Source: Treponema sp.
Lineage (GTDB): Bacteria > Spirochaetota > Spirochaetia > Treponematales > Treponemataceae
Assembly: GCA_045615645.1 (NCBI GenBank)
Contig: JAZLFF010000082.1
Span: 45,588 to 109,587, forward strand
Direction of reading: 5' to 3'
DNA length: 64,000 nt
This document shows, piece by piece, positions 10,324 through 20,118 of the stretch (positions within the stretch are counted from its first letter, which is position 1; each line of letters starts with the position of its first letter). The position numbers were made by a program, and so were the translations under genes. The notes beneath the pieces are model-generated. The model was not told where the DNA came from and made no database searches. It was given only the letters and a program-made list of their open reading frames with translations.

Positions 10324-10555
10324 AACAATCAGACGACCACTCTCACCAATCTTTTTTGTAATAAATAAACTCTCTAGAACCTATCTCTTGTCCAATGTCC
10401 CGATGTGGTTATATATCAAAACAAATACTCTAATAGATTACTTTTTTATTTTATATATAAAACCATCTGTTGTCAACTTGTTTTTATATCAAAACAACAA
10501 TAATTTTATAGAGTATTTTACCTATCTTTTATTGTTTTATATAAAATTATCAATT

Positions 10556-11278
10556 TTAGAGTATAGATTTTAAGAATTGTTGTAATCTTTCACACTTTGG
10601 ATTTTGGAAAATATCTTCCGGAGAACCTTCTTCCGCAATATATCCACCATCCATAAAAAGAACACGATCAGCAACTTCACGGGCAAATCCCATTTCATGA
10701 GTAACAACAACCATTGTCATTCCCTCTTTTGCCAAATCCTTCATTACTTCAAGAACTTCACCTACCATTTCAGGATCAAGTGCTGAAGTTGGCTCATCAA
10801 ACAACATTACATCTGGATGCATTGCAAGCGATCGTACAATTGCAATACGCTGCTTTTGTCCGCCACTCAAAGTAGAAGGATATGCATTTGCTTTATCTGC
10901 AAGACCAATTCTTTCCAAAAGCTGCATAGCTTCAGACTGTGCCTCTTCTTCTGTTTTTAGTTTTAAAGTTATTGGAGCAAGTGTAATATTTTCCATAACT
11001 GTTAAATGAGGAAACAGATTAAAATGCTGAAAAACCATTCCCATTTTCTGACGGTAAACATCAAGATTTGTTTTTGGATCTGTAATATCAACCCCTTCAA
11101 AAGTGATTTTTCCGCCGTCCGGATTTTCAAGTCTATTTAAACAACGAAGAAATGTACTTTTTCCAGAACCTGAAGGTCCAATAATTACAATTTTTTCGCC
11201 TTTCTCAATTTTAATTGAAACGTCTTTGATGACATGCAAATCACCAAAACTAATTTTTAGATGTTCTACTTCTATCAC
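10556..11278 (-). CDS. Polar amino-acid ABC transporter ATP-binding protein (GlnQ/ArtP-like)
   Basis: [32 protein letters not shown]. Confidence 0.95.
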   Translation of the reverse strand: MIEVEHLKISFGDLHVIKDVSIKIEKGEKIVIIGPSGSGKSTFLRCLNRLENPDGGKITFEGVDITDPKTNLDVYRQKMGMVFQHFNLFPHLTVMENITLAPITLKLKTEEEAQSEAMQLLERIGLADKANAYPSTLSGGQKQRIAIVRSLAMHPDVMLFDEPTSALDPEMVGEVLEVMKDLAKEGMTMVVVTHEMGFAREVADRVLFMDGGYIAEEGSPEDIFQNPKCERLQQFLKSIL

Positions 11279-11951
11279 TGCGTGCCATCCTTTTTTCTAA
11301 TAATCCGAATAATTTTGTTAAACCGACTGTTAAAATTAAATAAATAATTGCACAGGTTAATAATGGAATCCATGCATTATATGTTGCATTACGAATCATA
11401 TCGCCAGCTTTTGTTAAATCGCGAACGGCAATAAAACTAGCAACTGAAGTTTCTTTTATTAAAACAATAAATTCACTTGTATAAGTTGGTAAAACTGCCT
11501 TTACAGCCTGTGGCAAAACAATCTTAAACAAAGTCTGCCATTTGCTTAATCCTAAAGAACGTCCAGCTTCTGTCTGGCCAACATCAACACCTTGAATACC
11601 AGCACGGAAAATTTCAGTACAATAAGCACCGGAGTTCAAACCGTAAGAAATAATTGCAACCGCAAGTTTTGGTAACCTTAATGGAGCAAAAACAACAAAG
11701 TAAAAAATCATCAACTGAGTTGCTAAAGGTAAACCGCGCAAAACTGTCGTATATACATTTGCAAAACCACGTAAAAACTTGCTGTCAGAAATTTTCATTA
11801 ATGCAAGAATACATCCTAATACGGTTCCTATTAAAATTGCACAAGCCGCAATCAGTAATGTTATGCCTAATCCCTGAAAGATAAGTACATAACTTTGCCC
11901 GGCTATCATTGTGTCATAAAAAGACTGACCTAATCTGGCAAAAAAAGACAT
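11250..11951 (-). CDS. Polar amino-acid ABC transporter permease
   Basis: [32 protein letters not shown] loop, LIKETS. Confidence 0.93.
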   Translation of the reverse strand: MSFFARLGQSFYDTMIAGQSYVLIFQGLGITLLIAACAILIGTVLGCILALMKISDSKFLRGFANVYTTVLRGLPLATQLMIFYFVVFAPLRLPKLAVAIISYGLNSGAYCTEIFRAGIQGVDVGQTEAGRSLGLSKWQTLFKIVLPQAVKAVLPTYTSEFIVLIKETSVASFIAVRDLTKAGDMIRNATYNAWIPLLTCAIIYLILTVGLTKLFGLLEKRMARSDRSRTSKN

Positions 11952-11967
11952 ATACTTTCCTTAAAAC

Positions 11968-12005
11968 AAAAAAAATAAGACCGATAGAGTTAGTCTACCG
12001 GTCTC
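11968..12005 (-). terminator. Terminator-like hairpin between binding-protein and permease genes
   Basis: Stem agaccggtag / ctatcggtct followed by a U run on the minus strand. Confidence 0.6.
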
Positions 12006-12033
12006 TCTCTAGATTATAATTATATAGTATAAA

Positions 12034-12813
12034 TTACTTTCTAACAATAATAACTTGTTCTGAAGCAAAATATGGAACAGAAAAATCTACATTCTTTTTT
12101 CTTTCTTCAGTTACTGACATACCTGCAGCAATAAAGTCAATTTTTCCTGCCTGAAGAGCTGGAATTAAACTGTCGAATGCCATGTCTACAACTTCAAGTT
12201 TAGAATCAGCTGTAGCAGCGATTTTTTCACCCATTGTAATATCAAATCCGACAATATTTTTTCCTTCTACATATTCAAATGGAGGGAAAGCAGCATTTGT
12301 ACCAAGTTTAATAGTTGTTGTAGCTTTTGAAGCTTGAATTTCTGGAATAACGATTTTTCCATCAACTGGCATGAATGCATTTACCAAAGCTTCGTATTCA
12401 CCATTTGTTTTCATTGTTTCAATTGTATCGTTAATTAAATTTACAAGTTCTGTATTTCCTTTTTTTATTGCAATTGCATATTCTTCCTTATTATCTGTAA
12501 AATATTTATCGCGAATAATTACTAAGTCTGGATTACGTTCTACAATTGCTTTAGCTGGAAGTTCATCAAGAACAACTGCATCAATAGCACCATTTTTCAA
12601 ATCAAGTGCAGCGTCAATACCTGTTTTGAATGATGAAAGGATTACACCTTCTACATTTTCCTGAACATAAAGTTCTCCAGTTGTACCTGCCTGTACACCA
12701 ATCTTTTTTCCAGGAAGATCATTTACTCCAGTAATTACAACTTTTGATTTTGAACATCCTGCTAAAAAAGTAACTGCTAAAAGAACAGCACAAATAACGT
12801 TCTTTTTTTTCAT
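12034..12813 (-). CDS. Amino-acid ABC substrate-binding lipoprotein (family 3), circularly permuted; probably arginine
   Basis: Lipobox LAGC; DLPGKKIGVQAGTTG half precedes the GTNAAFPPFEY...TEERKKNVDFS half; ARG boxes upstream. Confidence 0.88.
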   Translation of the reverse strand: MKKKNVICAVLLAVTFLAGCSKSKVVITGVNDLPGKKIGVQAGTTGELYVQENVEGVILSSFKTGIDAALDLKNGAIDAVVLDELPAKAIVERNPDLVIIRDKYFTDNKEEYAIAIKKGNTELVNLINDTIETMKTNGEYEALVNAFMPVDGKIVIPEIQASKATTTIKLGTNAAFPPFEYVEGKNIVGFDITMGEKIAATADSKLEVVDMAFDSLIPALQAGKIDFIAAGMSVTEERKKNVDFSVPYFASEQVIIVRK

Positions 12814-12842
12814 AATACTTCACCTCTGTAAAAGTTTTGAAT

Positions 12843-12880
12843 TATGTATAATTATACAGAATTTTGTATAATTATGCAAT
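12843..12880 (-). promoter_or_regulatory. Tandem ArgR boxes overlapping a sigma70 promoter
   Basis: 18-mers tatgtataattatacaga (12843-12860) and tttgtataattatgcaat (12863-12880); minus strand TTGCAT-17 nt-TATAAT with extended TG. Confidence 0.75.
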
Positions 12881-12886
12881 ATCAAT

Positions 12887-13888
12887 TTATTCAAAGACAC
12901 AGCAATCATATCCGTTACTGCGTAATTTGTCGGCAATGGTTCCATTTTTATCTTCATCAACGATTACTAAAAAATAAGTTGTTCCACTGGCACGAGTTTC
13001 GGAAATTATGTATGCCGGAAATCCTTTTGTTTTTAATTCTTCTGTTAAGAGTTTTGCATTGTTTTCTGTGCGAAAAAGTCCAAGTTGCCATTTTGCAATT
13101 TTTGACTCTTCTGTTTTCTCTTCAACGGTAATTTTTTTACCGGCTTTTGGGGAAGTATCTTCAGTGCTTGCAAAAGTTCCGACGCCCTGTTCAATTTCAC
13201 CTGACTTTGGAACGAAAAACCAGAATGGGGTTGGTAAAAGTTGAGCATCACCTTTAACTATTGCGGCCTCTATTGAGTTCGGAAAGTTTTTTGTTATTTG
13301 ATTTGAGTAAGTTTTATCGCCAGTTACATACCATAATGTTAGAAAAATTGCAGGATGAACGGATTTCATCGAATCAACTTTTGCATAAGCTTGTAAAAGT
13401 ACAATTGGTTCTTGTAAATCGTCTACGGTTTCGGCTTTACACAAAGCGCTCCACTGTGAATAGAGTTTTATGTATGATTGAATTGTTTCGTTTTTGGAAT
13501 TGCGGACGGCAGAATTGAGATAACTGTCGGCAGTGGTAAAATCGCCGGAACTTAGTGCACAACGGACGGCATCTAATACCAATTGTTCATTTGATTTTTT
13601 TGGCATACCTTCTGCATCTCCGGCTGCAATTCCTGCGGCTGTAGCATAGGATTTTTGAGCTTCGTTATATAAAGCTGACTGTTCTTGAAGGGAAGCTAAA
13701 AAAATGTAGGCTGCACGTTTTTCGGCTGGCACTGTCATTTTTGCTATTTGAGTTTTTAGATACTCTGCTGATTCTGTAATATTTTCTTTTTTTGCTGATT
13801 CTGTGGTTACAAACTTTGCAGTTAATTCCTGTGCAAAAAGAGAAACCGATAAAACAACGGTAAAAAGTGCTGCGATTATTTTTTTCAT
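12887..13888 (-). CDS. Secreted protein with TPR-like helices and C-terminal SPOR domain
   Basis: Signal peptide; C-terminal WQLGLFRTENNAKLLTEELKTKGF SPOR motif. Confidence 0.8.
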   Translation of the reverse strand: MKKIIAALFTVVLSVSLFAQELTAKFVTTESAKKENITESAEYLKTQIAKMTVPAEKRAAYIFLASLQEQSALYNEAQKSYATAAGIAAGDAEGMPKKSNEQLVLDAVRCALSSGDFTTADSYLNSAVRNSKNETIQSYIKLYSQWSALCKAETVDDLQEPIVLLQAYAKVDSMKSVHPAIFLTLWYVTGDKTYSNQITKNFPNSIEAAIVKGDAQLLPTPFWFFVPKSGEIEQGVGTFASTEDTSPKAGKKITVEEKTEESKIAKWQLGLFRTENNAKLLTEELKTKGFPAYIISETRASGTTYFLVIVDEDKNGTIADKLRSNGYDCCVFE

Positions 13889-13905
13889 TTTGAAAATTCC
13901 CCTGC

Positions 13906-14130
13906 TTATTCTTTATCGGACGATTTTGCAGAGTGCTTAATTTTTGCGGCTGTAATAAATAAAACTGCAACTATTATTCCAGCTGCAAATGCTGTAAACA
14001 CAAGCACCGAGACTGGAAGGTTTTCGAAAGTTTTGAAAAACCACAATGTGCATACATTTGAAAGATTATATCCAACAAATAAGGCCAGAAAAATTACAAT
14101 AAGAAGGATAAAAATCAACTTAATTACCAT
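13906..14130 (-). CDS. Small membrane protein, LapA/DUF1049-like
   Basis: 74 aa, two TM segments, LALFVGYN...LPVSVLVF pattern; start overlaps the miaB stop. Confidence 0.6.
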   Translation of the reverse strand: MVIKLIFILLIVIFLALFVGYNLSNVCTLWFFKTFENLPVSVLVFTAFAAGIIVAVLFITAAKIKHSAKSSDKE

Positions 14131-15569
14131 TATTTACCTCTCACAAACTCGCCTCGGAATGTATTTGTCGCAGAACTTCGTTCTGCTTCCCGAGTTTGTT
14201 GCACAAACTCGCCTCGGAATGTATTTCCTTTCAAACTTACAATTTGTATCAGCACAAAGGAACCGATGAGGTTTGGGGTTGCCTTGAAAGCAATTTTTTC
14301 GTGTTGTTCTGTCTGACCTAAAAGTTCTTCCTTATTATCACGACTGACTGATTCTACTAAAACTTTTACGGTTTGTCCTACCCGCTTGCTCATTTGTTCG
14401 TGCGTATGCTCGAGTTGCAAATCAATTATTTTTTGAAGACGCTCTTTTCGAGTTTTTTCAGGAATCTGCTCCATTTTTGCAGCCGGAGTTCCTTCTCGCG
14501 GATTATAGAAGTACATCATTGCAGATTCGTATTTTACCTGATTCATAAGGTCCAGAGTCTGTTCAACATCTTCTTCAGTTTCGCCTGGAAATCCCATCAT
14601 TAAATCAGTTGTAAGAGAAACATCCGGAATGCGGCTTTTAATCTTTTCTACAAGTTCCAGATACTGTTCGCGAGTATAACGACGATTCATTGCCTTAAGC
14701 ACAGGATTTGCTCCGTTTTGAACAGGAAGGTGTATGTGATGGCAGAGAACTTTTTCACGGGCAATAACATCAATTACATCATCGGTAAAATCCTTTGGAT
14801 GTGATGACATAAAGCGAACCCATTCTATACCGGAATTTGTGTCTCGAAGATGGTCGGCAATTATTTGTAAAAGTTGTGCAAAATTAACTGAATTGGAATT
14901 GTAACTATTAACGTTCTGCCCAATTAAGGTGATTTCTTTTACGCCAAGTTTGTTCAGAGTATCGAGTTCGCAAAGAATTTCAGAAACTGGACGGCTACAT
15001 TCTCGACCACGAACATACGGAACTATACAGTAAGTACAAAAATTATTGCAGCCGTGCATAATTGGGACAAAAGTTGAAAAAGCGCCCGGTTCGGCAGAAA
15101 GTGGGGCAAAAACATATGGACTGCTGTTGTCGATTGGGAAGGGTTCGTTTCCGCGTTCAACTGCATCGATTATTTCGCCAAAATGGTGTTTTGAAAAAGT
15201 TCCGACTGCGTAATCTACAAATGGGAATTGTTTTTTGAAGTTTGGAAGGAGGCGCTCTGTAAGGCAGCCTGTTACTACAACTGTAAGCGGGCGCGGACCG
15301 TCTTTTACATATTCCACGGCTTCGTCTAAAAGTTTTGTTTTAGCTCCGAGTTTTTTTGCGCGTACAGCTTTGAGACCATTAATCCATCCGAGGCGGCCTT
15401 CAATACGTTCATCGGCCGACTTACGAATTGTACAGGTATTTACAATCATCATATCAGCGACCTGTGGAGATTTTGCTTGTGTCCATCCACGCGAAATTAA
15501 AAGTTGTTCCATTGCAGCTGATTCGGCAATGTTCATCTCACATCCGTAAGTTTCAAAAAAGTACGTCAT
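14130..15569 (-). CDS. miaB: tRNA-2-methylthio-N6-dimethylallyladenosine synthase
   Basis: TYGCEMN, NTCTIR, VTGC, radical-SAM GCNNFCTYC, C-terminal TRAM domain. Confidence 0.93.
   Translation of the reverse strand: MTYFFETYGCEMNIAESAAMEQLLISRGWTQAKSPQVADMMIVNTCTIRKSADERIEGRLGWINGLKAVRAKKLGAKTKLLDEAVEYVKDGPRPLTVVVTGCLTERLLPNFKKQFPFVDYAVGTFSKHHFGEIIDAVERGNEPFPIDNSSPYVFAPLSAEPGAFSTFVPIMHGCNNFCTYCIVPYVRGRECSRPVSEILCELDTLNKLGVKEITLIGQNVNSYNSNSVNFAQLLQIIADHLRDTNSGIEWVRFMSSHPKDFTDDVIDVIAREKVLCHHIHLPVQNGANPVLKAMNRRYTREQYLELVEKIKSRIPDVSLTTDLMMGFPGETEEDVEQTLDLMNQVKYESAMMYFYNPREGTPAAKMEQIPEKTRKERLQKIIDLQLEHTHEQMSKRVGQTVKVLVESVSRDNKEELLGQTEQHEKIAFKATPNLIGSFVLIQIVSLKGNTFRGEFVQQTREAERSSATNTFRGEFVRGK
14142..14226. 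repeat. 25-bp direct repeat enclosing a palindromic insert at the miaB 3' end
   Basis: cacaaactcgcctcggaatgtattt at 14142-14166 and 14202-14226; internal hairpin gcagaac-ttc-gttctgc. Confidence 0.85.
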
Positions 15570-15604
15570 ACTTAAAGTATAATGAAAAAGTACCTAAAAA
15601 AACA

Positions 15605-15722
15605 GAGGTCCGTCCCCTTTTTCACATTTTTATGAAATTGAGGTCCGTCCCCTTTTTCACATTTTCATGAAAAAGGGGACGGACCTATTTTTCATATTTT
15701 TGTGAAATTAGGGACGGACCTC
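15605..15722. repeat. REP/BIME-like array, family A cluster 1
   Basis: Two GAGGTCCGTCCCC and two inverted GGGACGGACCT motifs at 35-36 bp period, separated by TTTCACATTTTTATGAAA-type cores. Confidence 0.9.
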
Positions 15723-15752
15723 TTCCCAAATTATTCAATATTCTTAAAAATT

Positions 15753-15779
15753 ATCCCCTGCATCCCCTGCACCCCTGTT
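15753..15779. repeat. 9-bp tandem repeat ATCCCCTGC
   Basis: atcccctgc atcccctgc acccctgtt. Confidence 0.6.
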
Positions 15780-15812
15780 TCCATTTCTGCATGCTTTCAT
15801 TATAATTTTAAT

Positions 15813-16592
15813 ATGCGCGACATTCAGAACGAAGAAGACACTCGCAAAATCCCACTGCAGAAAGTTGGAGTTCGAGGCGTAAAATACCCCGTAAGTGTCC
15901 TTGATAAAAACAAAAAAACTCAAACAACAACGGCCACAGTCGACCTGTTCGTAAACTTGCCTCACAATTTTAAAGGCACACATATGTCTCGCTTTATTCA
16001 AGTTTTTCACAAATATCATTCCGACATTTCAATGCAACACTTTTTAGATATGCTCGAAGAAATGCGGGAAAAACTGCACGCAGAACAAGCCTTTGGCACA
16101 ATAAAGTTTCCATATTTTATAGAAAAAAAAGCGCCAGTTTCCGCAGCAGCCGGAATTATGGAATACGAATGTTCTTACGAAGGTGAAGTCTGTGAAAACA
16201 GCCGTAAGTTTTTCGTAACAATCGAAGTACCAATCACAACCCTCTGCCCCTGCAGTAAAGCAATCAGCGAATACGGAGCTCACAATCAACGTGGCAAAGT
16301 CCGTGTAAAACTTTTATACTCCGATTTTTTCTGGATTGAAGATGTAATCCAAATGATAGAAGAATCCGCTTCTTCACAACTCTATTCAGCTCTCAAACGG
16401 CAGGATGAAAAATTTGTTACAGAACATGCCTACGAAAATCCACGTTTCGTAGAAGATGTAGTCCGCGAAGTTTATCTCGGTCTCAAAAAAATAGGATTCA
16501 AATGGTTTAGTGTAGAAGCAGAAAATGAAGAAAGTATTCACTACCACAACGCTTATGCCTACACAGAATTTTCATCATCTGATATAATCTAA
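15813..16592 (+). CDS. folE2: GTP cyclohydrolase I, FolE2 type
   Basis: KGTHMSRF, TTLCPCSK, GAHNQR, ENPRFVED, EESIHYHNA; start at ATG 15813. Confidence 0.93.
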   Translation: MRDIQNEEDTRKIPLQKVGVRGVKYPVSVLDKNKKTQTTTATVDLFVNLPHNFKGTHMSRFIQVFHKYHSDISMQHFLDMLEEMREKLHAEQAFGTIKFPYFIEKKAPVSAAAGIMEYECSYEGEVCENSRKFFVTIEVPITTLCPCSKAISEYGAHNQRGKVRVKLLYSDFFWIEDVIQMIEESASSQLYSALKRQDEKFVTEHAYENPRFVEDVVREVYLGLKKIGFKWFSVEAENEESIHYHNAYAYTEFSSSDII

Positions 16593-16594
16593 TT

Positions 16595-17260
16595 ATGATT
16601 ACAATTTTTGAAACAACTGATAAATATCCTTTACAAAAAATAGGCAAAATGGCAGGTGTCTGCTGGAACAGTCCAGTTGATGACCCAGAAAAAAATATTA
16701 AGCGTGCAAAAGAATGTATTACAAGTGGTCACGGCCGTGTTTTAGAATACGTAGACATTGAACTTTGCATTGAACAATATTCTGCACGAGCAATCCGCGA
16801 ATATTACACACATATCGGTGGTGGACCAACAAGACTGCAGGAAAGTACACGCTACGTAAATTGTGAAAACTTTGCATATTATCTGCCAGTAACAGCGCAA
16901 AAATCAGAAGAAGCAAAAAAGACATATGAAGCTACTATGGATTTTATCCGCCAGCAATACGGAAAATTACTTGATGCCGGCGTTTCAAAAGAAGATGCAG
17001 CAAATATTCTACCGCTGGGAATGATGACAAAAATCGTAGACAAGCGAAATCTTCGTAATATGATAAATCTTATGAATCAACGACTTTGTACACGCGCTTA
17101 CGTAGAAATCCGCACAATGGCAAATGAAATTAAAACCGCCTTATCAAACTATTCCGACGAATGGAAATGGATTTGTGAAAATCTTTTTGTACCAAAATGT
17201 GATGTTTCCGGCTATTGTATAGAAAAAAAATGTTGTGGTCGTAAACCTGCAAAACAATAA
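16595..17260 (+). CDS. thyX: FAD-dependent thymidylate synthase, variant motif
   Basis: SGHGRVLEY, QESTRYV, KEDAANILP, NLRN, RLCTRAYVEIR, C-terminal Cys cluster. Confidence 0.85.
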   Translation: MITIFETTDKYPLQKIGKMAGVCWNSPVDDPEKNIKRAKECITSGHGRVLEYVDIELCIEQYSARAIREYYTHIGGGPTRLQESTRYVNCENFAYYLPVTAQKSEEAKKTYEATMDFIRQQYGKLLDAGVSKEDAANILPLGMMTKIVDKRNLRNMINLMNQRLCTRAYVEIRTMANEIKTALSNYSDEWKWICENLFVPKCDVSGYCIEKKCCGRKPAKQ

Positions 17261-17265
17261 TCACA

Positions 17266-18144
17266 TTACTTTTTTAAAGCTGCGTTTGTGGCTTCAAGAG
17301 TATTGTTCATCAGCATTGCAATAGTCATAGGACCAACTCCGCCTGGAACAGGTGTAATATACGAAGCCTTTTCCTTGCATTCCTCAAAATCGCAATCACC
17401 AATCAGGCGGAATCCACTCTTTTTTGAAGCATCGTGTATTCTGTTTACGCCAACATCAATAATTACAGCACCATCCTTAATCATGTCTCCAGTTAAAGTA
17501 TGAGGCTGACCGCTTGCAACAACAATAATGTCAGCTTGTTTTGTAATTTCAGAAAGATTTTTAGTACCAGTATGACACATTGTCACCGTACAGTTTACCG
17601 ATTTTTGAACTAGCAGAATTGAAACTGGTTTTCCAACAATATTTGAGCGGCCAATTACAACCGCATGCTTTCCATTTGTTTTTATTCCTGATTTCTGTAG
17701 CAAAACTATAATGCCATGAGGAGTACAAGGCAAAAATCCAGGACGCCCAATCATCATATTACCAACATTTACAGGATGAAAACCGTCCACATCTTTTGCA
17801 GGACTTATTGCCATAATTACTTTTTCTTCACTGATATGCTTTGGCAATGGCAATTGAACCAAAATTCCATGAACAGAATCATCAGCATTCAATTCATCTA
17901 TCAATTTCAAAAGTTCTTCTTCTGTTGTTGATTCACTCAAATGAACGGAACGATCAACCATACCTACTTCGGCAAGTGCTTTCTGTTTACCAGTAACATA
18001 ACTTACAGATGCAGGATTATCTCCAACCAAAATAACAGCTAAACAAGGAGCAATACCTTTTGCCTTTAATTCTGCAACTTTTTGCGCAACTTCACCTCTA
18101 ACATCCGCAGCAATTTGTTTTCCGTCAATAATTTGTGCACTCAT
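17266..18144 (-). CDS. folD: Methylenetetrahydrofolate dehydrogenase/cyclohydrolase
   Basis: [46 protein letters not shown]. Confidence 0.96.
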   Translation of the reverse strand: MSAQIIDGKQIAADVRGEVAQKVAELKAKGIAPCLAVILVGDNPASVSYVTGKQKALAEVGMVDRSVHLSESTTEEELLKLIDELNADDSVHGILVQLPLPKHISEEKVIMAISPAKDVDGFHPVNVGNMMIGRPGFLPCTPHGIIVLLQKSGIKTNGKHAVVIGRSNIVGKPVSILLVQKSVNCTVTMCHTGTKNLSEITKQADIIVVASGQPHTLTGDMIKDGAVIIDVGVNRIHDASKKSGFRLIGDCDFEECKEKASYITPVPGGVGPMTIAMLMNNTLEATNAALKK

Positions 18145-18172
18145 GTAACTTTCCTTCATCATTTACGTTTTA

Positions 18173-18201
18173 TTGATAAACAGTTTTAAATACTGTATAT
18201 T
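18173..18201 (+). promoter_or_regulatory. Putative sigma70 promoter
   Basis: TTGATA-17 nt-TATATT with TG extension. Confidence 0.5.
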
Positions 18202-18234
18202 TATAGAATATCTTAAAAAAAAATACGGTGCAAT

Positions 18235-18810
18235 ATGAAAAAACTTCTTTCAATTTTTTTAATTTTATGTCTTTGTTCTACAGCTCTTTTCGCAGCAGAA
18301 GGAGGAGATGAATACGACGACGGTTACGTTTACAAAATGAACGGTGCCGGTGACCGCATTTTCAAAATGGAACTTGGTGGTGTTATTCCACTTAACTTCA
18401 ATAAACAATTAAATCCAGGTTTTTGTGCATCTCTCGGCTTTTTGCAATTTGTTTCTGATAATATTGCACTTGGAGGAAACCTTACACTTACAACAAATCT
18501 TACAGTTGGTGAAAAAACCTTCATCTCCATTCCAATCACATTTTCTGTAATGTATCAACCAACTATTGAAAGCTTTGAGTTTCCGCTTCAATTCGACATA
18601 GGATTTGCCACACACACAATGACAAGCCTTACATATTTTCCAGCCTTTACCCTCAAAGGTTCTGCCGGCGCTTTTTACAGAATTTCAGAATCATGGTCTG
18701 CTGGTATTTCCGGATGTTATACTTGGACTCCAGAATGGTTTAAAGATTCATCCAGAAACTTTAACGGAATGTTTACAAATATTGGCATAAACTTAAGATT
18801 CCACTTCTAA
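18235..18810 (+). CDS. TP0733-family (OmpW-like) outer-membrane beta-barrel
   Basis: Signal peptide, amphipathic beta strands, FEFPL, terminal RFHF; adjacent to folD. Confidence 0.75.
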   Translation: MKKLLSIFLILCLCSTALFAAEGGDEYDDGYVYKMNGAGDRIFKMELGGVIPLNFNKQLNPGFCASLGFLQFVSDNIALGGNLTLTTNLTVGEKTFISIPITFSVMYQPTIESFEFPLQFDIGFATHTMTSLTYFPAFTLKGSAGAFYRISESWSAGISGCYTWTPEWFKDSSRNFNGMFTNIGINLRFHF

Positions 18811-18836
18811 GACTAAAAGGTATTACAGGATTATTT

Positions 18837-20096
18837 ATGAAAAAAACATCATTTTTTTTAATTGCTTCTATTTTATTCTCCATTTTTTTTACAGGTTGTT
18901 TCAGCCCTGTTTATTATTTTATCAAAAACGACGTAACACCTTTGGATGGAACTGTAAACGGTACAATCCGAAATATCACCCGATATACCGTTGATGGAAA
19001 AGAATTCCTTGTTGTTGTTTCAGATAAAGGTCTTGAATATAAATCCGTAAATGATTTACAGCACGGAGCTTGGAAACTTTATCCGGATTCTGCCCTTCCA
19101 ATTAAGGAAAAACATCATTACGATTACAGTAATCTTTCAGAACACACTGGAGAACAACTTCTTGTAACTCATGCAGATTCAGACACACTTTATCTAGTTT
19201 CTGCTGAATATAAAAACGATTTGGATGAAGGAACTTCATATCCGTCAAAAATTCATATTTATGCAAAAAAAATGGCTCTCGCAGAAAATGGTGAATGGAG
19301 TTCAAACGGAGAATGGAAATCAATTTTAGAAGATGGCTCTGGAATTAATTATACTCCTATTTACAAAGACGGTTCCTTTTATTTCTCTGCATTTGCACTT
19401 TTTTCTTCAAACTCTATTCAAAATGCGCATCGAAAAGTTTACCTTCGTACAGGAAATACTGAAGCATTTGATAAAAATTACAGGGCAATTAAATATTATG
19501 AACTTTCAGGCTTAAACTCACCTGTAGAAATTTCAGTTACACCAGTTGATTCTGGCGAAAAGAACTTAAATTGTGCAAATTCTGCTGTTTACTTTAATAA
19601 TCAGGTAATGTTCTTCAATTCTATTGCCGTAACAACAAACGAAACTGCAACAAATGATGCAACTGTTGTTTATTACGGAGAACAGAAAAGAATCTATTAT
19701 AAGTCCATAAATGATTCAGTTTTTACAGAATGTGAATTTTCTACTGGGCAATACCCTTCTACCCTTTGCGTCTGCAAAGACTCGCTGATTATTGGCCGTG
19801 CAAACTATAGCTCAAGCAGCAACTCTGCAAATGGCGGCGTTGTAAAAACTTCCTTAAATGAAAACGGCATTCCAGGAAAAGAGCTTGTTGCTTTTACAAC
19901 AAACATTGAAACTCAACTTCAAAACTCTTACTTTATTCTTACAATGATAAACACAAATCCTTCTCAAACTGAAACTGAAAGTGCACTTTACGCTTCTGTA
20001 GCATTCTTAGGAACAGGCGCTTCCTCTTCTGCAAAATTTGACGAAGTTGGTTTATGGTCTTACTATAAAGACAGAGGAAACTGGAACCGCGAATAG
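18837..20096 (+). CDS. Hypothetical lipoprotein (beta-rich)
   Basis: Lipobox FTGC; C-terminus GLWSYY...WNRE. Confidence 0.7.
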   Translation: MKKTSFFLIASILFSIFFTGCFSPVYYFIKNDVTPLDGTVNGTIRNITRYTVDGKEFLVVVSDKGLEYKSVNDLQHGAWKLYPDSALPIKEKHHYDYSNLSEHTGEQLLVTHADSDTLYLVSAEYKNDLDEGTSYPSKIHIYAKKMALAENGEWSSNGEWKSILEDGSGINYTPIYKDGSFYFSAFALFSSNSIQNAHRKVYLRTGNTEAFDKNYRAIKYYELSGLNSPVEISVTPVDSGEKNLNCANSAVYFNNQVMFFNSIAVTTNETATNDATVVYYGEQKRIYYKSINDSVFTECEFSTGQYPSTLCVCKDSLIIGRANYSSSSNSANGGVVKTSLNENGIPGKELVAFTTNIETQLQNSYFILTMINTNPSQTETESALYASVAFLGTGASSSAKFDEVGLWSYYKDRGNWNRE

Positions 20097-20118
20097 TTTT
20101 TTTTCATTCGGAGAGTAA

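Noticed and set aside
10232-10573. 113-aa ORF spanning the AT-rich gap after the oxidoreductase
   Set aside because: It overlaps both neighbours and has low-complexity AT-driven composition
15702-15812. N-terminal extension of FolE2 in the ORF track
   Set aside because: It is translated repeat DNA; homology and a TATAAT box point to ATG 15813
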